A stretch of 64,000 nt of DNA from Tubulanus polymorphus (lineage: Eukaryota > Animalia > Nemertea), in NCBI RefSeq assembly GCF_964204645.1, contig NC_134033.1:1446131-1510130 (forward strand), read 5' to 3'. Below, piece after piece: positions 11,201-23,200 of the stretch. Numbering within the stretch: position 1 is the stretch's first letter; each line of letters starts with the position of its first letter. Position numbers and translations under genes: made by a program. The notes under the pieces were generated by a model. The model made no database searches. It was not told where the DNA came from and worked only from the letters and a program-made list of their open reading frames with translations.

Positions 11201-14200
11201 TTTTGTGTAATCACTCGGAAAAATCAGGGTAAATGTGCGGAAAGTGGCGCCACCCTGATATGAGTTATAACTAGTCTGTAAAAACCCCTTAATTTTGACT
11301 TACCTGATAAACCCAAAGCTTAATTCAATCAACCGTTCGATTAATTGATTATGAATTGTTTTGTATTTGTAGCTAATATCCAATCACTGAGTATCAAACC
11401 GAACACCGAACCAAACTTCTACGGTTTACTGACCTTGTGGAAACAGCATTACTTCCAAAGATTCAGTCGCTCAGGGGTTCCAACGGTTCTCTTCATACTA
11501 ACATCAGGTATAGACTGCAACCGTTCTTAGCTCTACTACAGTTTACCATATTATTCAATTTCAAGATCCCAAAACTCTTTCACTGCTGACTGATTGATAC
11601 CCGAAAGTGCTGGAGATTATTTGAAAATTAGAAAAAAAATTCCACCCCAGTGTGTTGAATAGTAGACACACTGCTCGAGTGTATCTACCCCACGGTGCGG
11701 TGTATTGTTTGTTACTAAAATGTCACTACATTTGACAGATGCTGCCATCATTCAATTGAAATCAAAACTAATTACTAAATACATCAATACACCATGGTGC
11801 GGTGTACTAATTGAGTCTACTGATTTATACGTCTCACTACGGTGGAAACGTACTGAAAGCCTTTAGAGTTTTGTCTCTAAATCTACGTCAATACACCATG
11901 GTGCGGTGTACTAATGGAGTCTACTGATTTATACATGGCACTACGGTGGAAATGTACTGAAAGCCTTTAGAGTTTTGTCTCTTAATCGTTAATATCTACC
12001 GATCCGCAGGTTTCTCCGAGCCGGCCTATACCAGCTCCGGTTATACCCTGTTACAAGAGTTGCAGACGCTCGGAGTGATTTTCCATACGTTGCACACGAC
12101 CAGTCAGAAGAATGACAATTTCATGGGACCGCTGACGATTGTCGGACCGAGCGTTCAAGTTACGACGACTACGCAGACAATCATTACCAGCGTCAGTAAG
12201 TGTTTTGAGTTGTGTAATCGAATCATGTGGAAGAAAATCGCAAAAAATCTCTTGTTTTTCTTGTATTTTGATGTATTTCATGTATTTTGATGTATTCTGT
12301 TTGAATCGTTGCAGACGCCGTCTGCCGTCGAGGTTACTATTACTCGCCGACCGCGCGCAAGTGTCAAGGTACGTTACAGCACGATTTTCGCTACAAAATA
12401 TCTTCTAAAACGGAACGCGTAAAACGGTGATGTCATCAGATCCCGAGATTCGTTCCTGGAATGTCTAGTCGCTTCGCAATTTGATGATGATGTCATAGGG
12501 GGATTTAACGGTTTTCTAGCGACCAATAATTCCGTATATTTTTTTTTCGTCGGTGGTTAGATTACAACGAATGTTCAAACCCGAAGGTCTGTCCAGATGG
12601 CGCTTCGTGCAGTAATCGCGCCGGTGGTTTCGCGTGCTCGTGTCCGACCGGTATGAGTCTGGTACCGGATCAAGGTTGTAAAGGTCAGTCGCGTTTATCG
12701 ATATTTTATGATTTTTTAATAGTAATAGAATGAACTGCTCGGCCACCTGACCTGAAAAACCTGCAAAACTCGCGGAATCAGAAAAGTCTAGATAAAAATC
12801 ATGGAAAACTTCGGTGGAAATTTTACATTTAACCAAAAAAATTGGGAAACTCGCGGAATCAGAAAAGTCTAGATGAAAATCATGGAAAACTTCGGTGGAA
12901 ATTTTACATTTAACCGAAAACCTGGGAAACTTGCGGAATCAGAAAAGTCTAGATGAAAATCATGGAAAACTTCGGTGGAAATTTTACATTTAACCAAAAA
13001 CCTGGGAAACTCGCGGAATCAGAAAAGTCTAGATGAAAATCATGGAAAACTTCGGTGGAAATTTTACATTTAACCAAAAACCTGGGAAACTCGCGGAATC
13101 AGAAAAGTCTAGATGAAAATCATGGAAAACTTCGGTGGAAATTTTACATTTAACCAAAAACCTGGGAAACTCGCGGAGTTTGGATAACGCTATTAACCGC
13201 GTCGTGTTTCTTTATGATTCTGAGAAAAATGAATGAATTCTAAACATTTTTAACCTAGAAATTTCCGATTCATTTTATGCGAACACATGGAAATTCAGAG
13301 AAAACTCGGGGAATTTGACAAAGTTTTGCAAAAATATAACCTGGAAAACCTTGATTAGGGAATTTGAAGAATGTTATTGACGACATGTTTCTTTATCAAT
13401 ACGTGATTTGAATCGTAACTTAGAAATTTCTGATTTACTCACGGAATTTTGTGTAATAACATGGACAGGGAAAACGGGCGGAAAGTGGCGCCACCCTGTG
13501 TTAGACTCAGACTCAGTGCAGGAAAATAACTTCAAACCAAGACTGCAATTAACTGATATCTATCTCAGTGAAGAGTTAGCAAATGAAAACCCACAGTTAT
13601 ATCTGTAAAAACAGTCGATTCTTTAACTTAGCCTCATCATCAGAGGAACAAAAATTTTAAGATAAAATCCCACTATTTACAGATTAAAAGAATTTAAAAA
13701 CCAGAATTTATTTATTTAATCTAAAATATTTAAAAGACACGACGTTTCGATCTCACCCTAGAGATCATCGTCAGGTGTGAGAAATAGACTAAAAACAGGG
13801 ATATAAATACAGAGGAGGACAGGTTAATTGAGTAAATTGGTGAGTGAGTAAATAATTAGTGTTTGGCAAGGCATGAAGTAATATTCTCCAACAAAAATTT
13901 TGTTCCTCTGATGATGGGGCTTAGTTAAAGCTGTTAGGAGAATCAACTGTTTTTACAGATATAACTGTGGGTTTTCATTTGTTGTTAACTTCAAACCAAT
14001 TTCAACCGAAATTTTGACGAATGATTTACTGATTTCAGTCGCGACGAAACTGGACATGGTTTTCATGTTGGACCTTTCGAACCCAGTCGCTTTAGTGAAA
14101 TTTAGAACGATGATTTTCGGAATGATCGACAGATTCTACATCCACGCGAACTACGTTCGTATCTACGTCGTTACGTTCGGCGGCAACAATTACCTGAAGG

Positions 14201-17200
14201 CGATCTCCATCACCGGGCAATCGAGCATCGCGTATCTGAACAATCTACGACCTGTAACCGGAACTCCCGACCTCGGACTCGTTCTGCAATACGTAAGTCT
14301 TCGTTCGTGTAACTAATCATGATTTTTCTGAATTGTTGCATTAATTTTTTACTGAATCATTGAAGTCATTGAGAATGAGAAAGTCGTCATTAGCAACTAA
14401 TCATAATTTTACTGAATCATTGAAGTCACTGGAGAATGAGAAGGTTGTCATTAGTAACTAATCACAATTTTTCTGAATTGTTGCATTAATATTTTACTGA
14501 ATCATTGAAGTCATTGAGAATGAGAAAGTCATCATTAGCAACTAATCATAATTTTACTGAATCATTGAAGTCACTGAGAATGAGAAGGTTGTCATTAGTA
14601 ACTAATAAAATAATTATAATTTTACTGAATCATTGAAGTCACTGGAGAATGAGAAGGTTGTCACCGTAAAAACTTATCATAATTTTACTGAATCATTCAG
14701 AAAGTTTTTAATTGTTTTGATTATTTTAATTTCTATTTAGGTTACAACGCGTATTTTCCAAAATACACAATACGTGCGAACTGACGCGAAGAATAATCTG
14801 TTCCTGTTAACGTCTGGAGTCACTAATTTACAGAACGTCGTCATTTTAAATCAATACATTAATATTCTGCACAGTATGAACATCTATATGCCAGTATTCT
14901 ACGTGCCTGGAGCCAGCGGTTAGTATATCATCCCCCATCAGGAGATCACCGGTTCAATCTACAGAAATTCATAGATTTTAGATTCTAAGATCCCATAGTT
15001 CTACTTCCAAGTCCGACAGTTCTGGAACTCAGTTCCACAGTTCTGGACTCAGTTCCACAGTTCTGGAACTCAGTTCCACAGTTCTGGACTCAGTTCCACA
15101 GTTCTGGACTCAGTTCCACAGTTCTGGACTCAGTTCCACAGTTCTGGAACTCAGTTCCACAGTTCTGGACTCAGTTCCACAGTTCTGGAACTCAGTTCCA
15201 CAGTTCTGGACTCAGTTCCACAGTTCTGGACTCAGTTCCACAGTTCTGGACTCAGTACCATAGTTACTGAACCCATTTCTACAGTTCTGGACCAGTTCCA
15301 CAGTTCTCGTCCCATTAGCCTGAATTCCATTATGAATAAATCTGAATATTTAGACCTGAAAAACGAGTTGTTTCACTGTTTATTTTCTAGGAGTTCAGAT
15401 GTCTGTACTGAATGACATTGCGTATCCGACCCCGATCACCACGGTAACCACATCGACGACCGTCACGCAAATTACAACAATCGTAACCACGACGATTACG
15501 TATATATCGAAGACGATGTCTTGTAACCGCGGTTACGTGTACGTCGCGCAACGAAACCGTTGCGAAGGTCGGTGCATATTCTCTCAACTTTTTTTAAGTC
15601 AGTGTCGTTCAAATTCAATATCGTTTTAAATTACGTTCGGATGTTTTTAATTCGTAACAGATATTAACGAGTGCGCGAGTCCCGTGAAACCCTGCCTCGG
15701 AGGAACGTGCGCGAATACAGCCGGTTCGTTCACGTGTAGCTGTGCGCCCAGTTTGCAGTTTGTCGCCGGTGCTGGATGTGTCAGTAAGTAATAACTCCGC
15801 TCTTCTCAATTCAGAGGCCATAGTTCAATGAGAAGCTCAGAGAGCTTCGACTCGGGAGCCAAGATTTTCAAAGATCTCGAAACTTGCCTTCAGACTTAAA
15901 ACTTATGGACAAAAACTAACTTCCACGCTTCGATATAAACATCAGGATCCAGGTCCACAGTCGTGAGTTTAGAGTTAACTCTTGAGTTGAAATCATTTCA
16001 TTTTCAATGAGTTACAACTCTGAGTCAAGTTTTAACTCACAACTGTGGAACTGGGTCCAGATCCACAGTTGTGGGTTACAGTAAACTCACAACTGTGGAA
16101 CTGGGTCCTGATCCACAGTTGTGAGTTGATCAATGATCTCTTCCACAACTGAGTCCACTCAACTCTAAATCAAAATCGTGATTCATTTTCAAATTTCTAA
16201 TTAACGTCATCGTCTGTTAATCAGATAAGAAGCAGACGGACGTCGTCATAGCGATCGATAGCAGCGTGCCGACGGACAAACTGAACAAACTGAAACAATA
16301 CGCGATTGGATTCGTCGAGCGTCAGTTCGTCGATCCGAACGTCATTCGCGTCGCCATCGTCGATTTCTCGTCGTCCGTTCGAATTCAGCAGACGCTCAAA
16401 CAAACGACGAATCTCGATTCGACGCTGACGAAGATTCAGCAGATCTCGCGACGAACCGGAACTCCAAATCTACTCTCACTACTTCAGGTATTTCATAAGG
16501 AAAAAAAAGAGTTTCAAGTGTGGATCTTGAACTGGGGTTTTACGGATCAGTCTTAACTTAAACCTTGCAGAATATCTAGTTTTACGATACAGGTTCCACT
16601 TCCACAATTCTGGATCTATTTCTGTGGTTCTGGGCGCAGTTCCACAGTTCAGGACCCAGTTCCACAGTTCTGGGCCCAGTTCCACAGTTCTGGACCCAGT
16701 TCCATAGTTCTGGACCCAGTTCCACAGTTCTGGACCCAGTTCCACTTTTCTGGGCCCAGTTGTACAGTTCTGGATCTATTTCTGTGGTTCTGGGCTCAGT
16801 TCCACAGTTCCAGTTCCACAGCTCTGAATTCAGTTCAAAAAAGACTTAGTCTTAACTTAACCTGTTATTTTAGACGTTGCAAAATTCGATATTGAAAAGT
16901 ACGAATGGTTTCCGGCCGGCAGCGAAAACACTGGTGCTGATTCTATCTGGCGGTTCCTCCGTACCGAACCAGGGAACGACTGTCAAAACTGTAGTTAACA
17001 ACATCAAGGAAACAACCGGTAAATTATGTTGAATTGAGAGGACGAAGGGAGGGGGAGGGAGGGAGTGGGGGGTTCAGATCTCAGCTCGGGACTGTGAACA
17101 GTAATAAATGAATTGTGGTTTGAATATCATTCAGGTGCGGTGATACCAATAATCACGACCGGTCCGATATCGTCCGGCAACCGTCCGATGTTCGATGAAA

Positions 17201-20200
17201 TCTCGTGGCCGATGCGTTCGAATGACGTAACTACTAAACCGGTTACTACGACTTCCATTATCACCACGGTTACCACCATTGTCACCGATGTCGTTCAAAG
17301 TACGTTTTTTGTCGGCTCGAAAAATCGAATTTGACTTGTCACAAAATGTTAGGAAATCGTAATGATTATTTCTTTTTTTCTAGCTTTGAATTGTCAAAAA
17401 GGTTATCAGGCCGTCAACGGAAAATGTGTCGGTAAATATTTTGTGATCTTGCCTCTGTAAATCCCCCTATGATGTCATCAAATTTCCTAGTAAACCGAAC
17501 TATTGGTTAATAGAATATATGACACCGTTCATAAATCCCCCTATGACATCGTCAATTGCTTATTGATGATATCATAAACCTGTGCATTAAAGATGGCTGC
17601 CTTCATTGATCTCCTTATGACATCGTCAAATTTCTTAGAAATGGCGATCGATTTCTGTTTTCTTTTCTAAAAATCCAAGGCACAGCCTCCGTATAAATCC
17701 CCCTATGACATCATCTAACTTGTTCGTAATTTCAATCTATAGACCCTGATCTAAAATCACAGATAGCACAGCCTCCGTAAATCCCCCTATGACATCATAG
17801 AATCCTAAACGCCGTTTTACTCTTATGTAGATATCAACGAGTGCAGTCGTAATCCGTGCAACCGGTTCCAAAAATGTGTCAACAAAAATGGCGGTTACTC
17901 CTGCGACGGTACGTTCGAATTCTAAGTTTTGAATTTCTAAAATTGCCTGTTTCGGAATGAACACATTATATATGAAAGAAATGTGCATATTTTCATAAAA
18001 TTCAGACATTCAGGCAGCCATTTTATTCGTAATTTATATGTAATTTCTGTTCTACAGATATCAATGAATGCGCCCGTAAACCGAGTCCTTGTCAAAGCGT
18101 TTATGAAAAGTGTGTCAACAAACCTGGAGGCTATACTTGTGTCGGTAAGTACAGACTTATGAATTATCACTTCCCAGTTCCACACGTGGATATGAGCTTA
18201 GTTGAAAGTCGGGCATCATATCCATGGATGCTGGATAACCGAAGTCGTTTTATCTTATCACAATTATCTTTTGATTTCTGCTTAAATTATGATTTCTTGT
18301 TTATCCTTCTCCGGTTAAATGCACTGCTGAATCTACGCCCAGCTGGAGTTGTGTGAATTATGCTGTGCGTGTGAGCAAACATTTTTGACACAACTTTGTT
18401 TATTTTTCTAACCGGGTCAGAAGTTGAGAAATCGAAAAGTTGAGACAACTTCTCAATTTCTCTTCAAAAAGTCGTAGTATTATTCTACTAAATCTTCTCT
18501 AGACATCAATGAATGCAACGCCAACCCGTGCAACGCAAAATACCAAAAATGCGTCAATAAAGTCCACGGTCACAATTGCGTCGGTAAGTCGTCAAAATCT
18601 ACGATAAGTTAGAATTTTTTTTGAATATTTTCAAAAGTTCTTTCGAATTTTGCGGATTCAAATTCCAGATATTGACGAATGCACCGAGAAGCGACATAAT
18701 TGTAATCTGAAGGTCGCGACTTGCGTCAACAAATCTCCCAGTTTCGAATGCGTCGGTAAGTGGCGTGTCGTCGTACCTTTATTGCGAAATTAATCTCTAA
18801 GAAATCAAGATATTTCGAGTTTGAATTTTTTCTATTCGTTTTGAAGATATCAACGAATGTAAGGAGAATCCTTGCCAATCTTATGAAACTTGTGTCAACA
18901 AAAATCCCGGCTACAGTTGTGTCGGTAAGTTTAACTTGCAATGGTGATTTTAACCTTGAAGTTTTTGACTGATTTTCAATTTTGAATATTAGGAAATTTG
19001 GCAAATTTTTTTTAACCTCTTCCTCCAACATGATTTAACGAACGCCTGCAGAAACAGGTCCAGACGTTTAATCTCATTCTTATTTTTGTCACCAGCTATC
19101 AAAGGATGCGATGTTAAACCGTGTAAAGGCTCGATGGCGAAATGTGTAAACAAACCTCGATCTGCTGAGCGTACATGTAATTGTAACCCTGGTTTCAATT
19201 ACGATGAAAATACAGGATGCGTCGGTGAGTTTTACACCAGTAGTTTGTACAGCGGTTTTGCAGCTATGCGCATTTTCACCATGACAGACGCCACATTGGT
19301 CGGCAAACACTACCTCAGATTTTCTTATGTTGTTATCTATGGCAAGCGGGCCTCCAGCACTGATGGACTTACTAACTAATCTGAATTTTGGTGTCTTAAT
19401 TGTTGTTCTTGCTGGTGACGAGTGACACAAGGAACCTCTTGATAAGAAACAGCTCCTCACTGAGGATATCTTATTTTCAGGGTGGCCATATTTTTTTGTC
19501 AAAGACATTTTAGAAATCTCATAATATCAATGTAATTTCTGTTCTACAGATATCAATGAATGCGCCCGTAAAGTGAGTCCTTGTCATAGCGTTTATGAAA
19601 AGTGTGTCAACAAACCTGGAGGCTATACTTGTGTCGGTAAGTACAGACTTATAAATTATCACGTCCCTGTTCCACACGTGGATATGAGCTTAGTTGAAAG
19701 TTAAGAACCAGTTGTAGATGACAATATCAAAACCAACTATTCATAAATTCATAAGATTGAAAAATGAACTGTCGCGTCTTTAAATGAATGAATTTTACTT
19801 CTGATCTTATAGATTTGTATATAATTGGTTTCAGTCTTATGACTAAGTGAGTTAACCCTTTCAATGCTGTGTCTAATCGATTCCTGATTGTGCCGGAGAT
19901 GATTTACTAATAACATCATAACTCCCTGATGCGGTATACTAGCTAAGTCTCACAGATTTGTACGCCGCACAGGGGTTCAGGTCTGTGCCCCTTGGAGATG
20001 CCCCTAAATCCATGTATTTGACGTAAAAGTGCCTTGTTTGGCGCAGTAAGTGCCCCTGAAAACCACAAGTTTGTTTAAGCACCCTTTTTGCCGTGATTTG
20101 ACATATAAAGTGCCATCCCCCATAATAGTGGGAGCCCTTATACAATTCGGAACCTCCTCGAGATAGGGCCCTGGATCCGCCCCTGCTGGGCACTGCGGTG

Positions 20201-23200
20201 TAAACCCACTGAAAGGGTTTCAATGATAACGATATAAAGTTGCATGTTCTACTAAATCTTCTCTAGACATCAATGAATGCAAAACCAACCCGTGCAACGC
20301 AAAATACCAAAAATGCGTCAATAAAGTCCACGGTTACAGTTGCGTCGGTAAGTCGTAGAAATCTACGATTAGTTCGAATTTTTTTTTTTTGAATATCGAA
20401 AAATTCTTTCGAATTTTGCGGATTCAAATTTTACAGATATTGACGAATGCACCGAGAAGCGGCATAATTGTAATCTGAAGGTCGCGACTTGCGTCAACGA
20501 ATCTCCCGGTTTCAAATGCGTCGGTAAGTGGCGCGTCGTTGACCTTTAATGCGAAATAGATCTCTAAGAAATCGAGATATTTCGAATTTGAATTTTTCTA
20601 TTTGTTTTGAAGATATCGACGAATGTAAGAAGAATCCATGTAAATCTTATGAAACTTGTGTCAACAAAAATCCCGGCTACAGTTGTGTCGGTAAGTTTCG
20701 CTTGAAATGGTGATTTTAATCTTGAAATTTTTGGGCTGATTTTCAATTTTGAATATTAGATACATTGGGAAATTTGGCTTATTTTTAGCCTCCTACTCCC
20801 AAATTTCACTCAAGATTCGAATCAGATTCTATTGCGTTTCATGAAAATTGAATATATCTCTAGCATGTGAACAACTCCCGGCCATACAAATAAGGATATT
20901 GAACTTGTTTTAACTGTGAAAACTTAACGAACGCCTGCAGAAACAGGTCCTGACGTTTAATCTCGTTCTTATTTCTAACCAGCTATCAAAGGATGCGATG
21001 TTAAACCGTGTAAAGGCTCGATGGTGAAATGTGTAAACAAACCTCGATCTGCTGAGCGTACATGTAATTGTAACCCTGGTTTCAATTACGATGAAAATAC
21101 AGGATGCGTCGGTGAGTTTTGTTTCTAATGTCTCATTTATCTCTCTCAGACATTTTAGAAATCTCATAATATCAATGTAATTTCTGTTCTACAGATATCA
21201 ATGAATGCGCCCGTAAACCGAGTCCTTGTCATGGCGTTTATGAAAAGTGTGTCAACAAACCTGGAGGCTATACTTGTGTCGGTAAGTAGACTTAGTGATT
21301 ATCATGGCCCTGTTCCACACGTGGATAGAGCTCGGTTGAAAGTTGTAGATGACATCAAAAACAGCTATTCATAAATTCATAAGAATGAAAAATGAACTGT
21401 CGTGTCTCATAATGAACAAATTTTATTTTTGATCTTATAGATTTGTATATAATTGGTTTCAGTCTTATGACTAAGTGAGTTAACCCTTTCAATGCTGTGT
21501 CTAATCGATTCCTGATTTTGCCGGAGATGATTTACTAATAACATCATAACTCCCTGATGCAGTGTAATAGCAAAATCTATCACAGATTTGTACGCCGCGC
21601 AGGGGTTCAGGTCTGTGCCCCTTGGAGATGCCCCTAAATCCATGTATTCGACGTAAAAGTGCCTTGTTTGGCGTAGTAAGTGCCCCTGAAAACCACATGT
21701 TTGTTTAAGTGCCCTTTTTGCCGTGATTTGACATATTAAGTGCCCTCCCCCATAATAGCGAGTGCCCTTAAACAATTCAGAACCCCCTCGAGATAGGGCC
21801 CTGGATCCGCCACTGCCGGGCACTGCGGTGTAAACCCACTGAAAGGGTTTCAATAAAAACGATATAAAGTTGCATGTTCTACTAAATCTTCTCTAGACAT
21901 CAATGAATGCAGCGCCAACCCGTGCAACGCTAAATACCAAAAATGCGTCAATAAAGTCCACGGTCACAATTGCGTCGGTAAGTCGTCAAAATCTACGATA
22001 AGTTAGAATTTTTTTTTTTTTTTTGAATATCGAAAAATTCTTTCGACTTTCGCGGATTCAAATTTTACAGATATTGACGAATGCACCGAGAACCGACATA
22101 ATTGTAATCTGAAAGTGGCGACTTGCATCAACGAATCTCCCGGTTTCAAATGCGTCGGTAAGTGGCGCGTCGTTGACCTTTAATGCGAAATAGATCTCTA
22201 AGAAATCGAGATATTTCGAATTTGAATTTGTCTATTTGTTTTGAAGATATCGACGAATGTAAGAAGAATCCATGCAAATCTTATGAAACTTGTGTCAACA
22301 AAAATCCTGGCTACAGTTGTGTCGGTAAGTTTCGCTTGAAATGGTGATTTTAATCTTGAAATTTTTGGGCTGATTTTCAATTTTGAATATTAAGTACAGT
22401 GGGAAATTTGGCTAATTTTTTTTTTTTTAACCCCTTCCCATCCCCCACATGTTGTTATAAAACTGGGGCCTGTTTTATTTCAATTGAGTAAGCCCCTGGG
22501 GCCAGTTGCACAGTCGTGACTTAAGTCCAAAAGTGGTCTTAAATGTAAGATTGGTCTTAAGTTGTTAGATTAGCTATAGAATTAAGTTGGTCTTAGACTG
22601 GTCTTAAGTCTAAGCCATGACTATGCAACCGGCCCCTGGGTTAAAGTTAATACCAGTCTATAAAACCAGGTCCTGGGGTTTTCCATAGTCGAAACTATGT
22701 TTTAAAAGATAAAAACTTAACGAACGCCTGCAGAAACAGGTCCAGACGTTTAATCTCATTCTTATTTTTGTCACCAGCTATCAAAGGATGCGATGTTAAA
22801 CCGTGTAAAGGCTCGATGGCGAAATGTGTAAACAAACCTCGATCTGCTGAGCGTACATGTAATTGTAACCCTGGTTTCAATTACGATGAAAATACAGGAT
22901 GCGTCGGTGAGTTTTACACCAGTAGTTTGTACAGGGGTTTTGCAGCTATGTGCATTTTCACCATGACAGACGCCACATTGGTCGGCAAACACAATACCTC
23001 AGATTTTCTGATGTTGTTATCTATGACAAGCGGGCCTCCAGCACTGATGGACTAACTAACTAATCTGAATTTTGGTGTCTTAATTGTTGTTCTTGCTGGT
23101 GATGAGTGACACAAGGAACCTCTTGATAAGAAACAGCCCTCACTGAGGATATCTTATAATTTAATCAGGGAATTTGAATTTTTGGTGTCTTGTTGTTCTT

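Larger units (their letters stand above)
18040..23160 (+). repeat. Triplicated five-exon EGF cassette with its introns
   Basis: Exon sizes 87/81/87/78/129 nt occur three times, with highly similar intron sequence. Confidence 0.95.
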
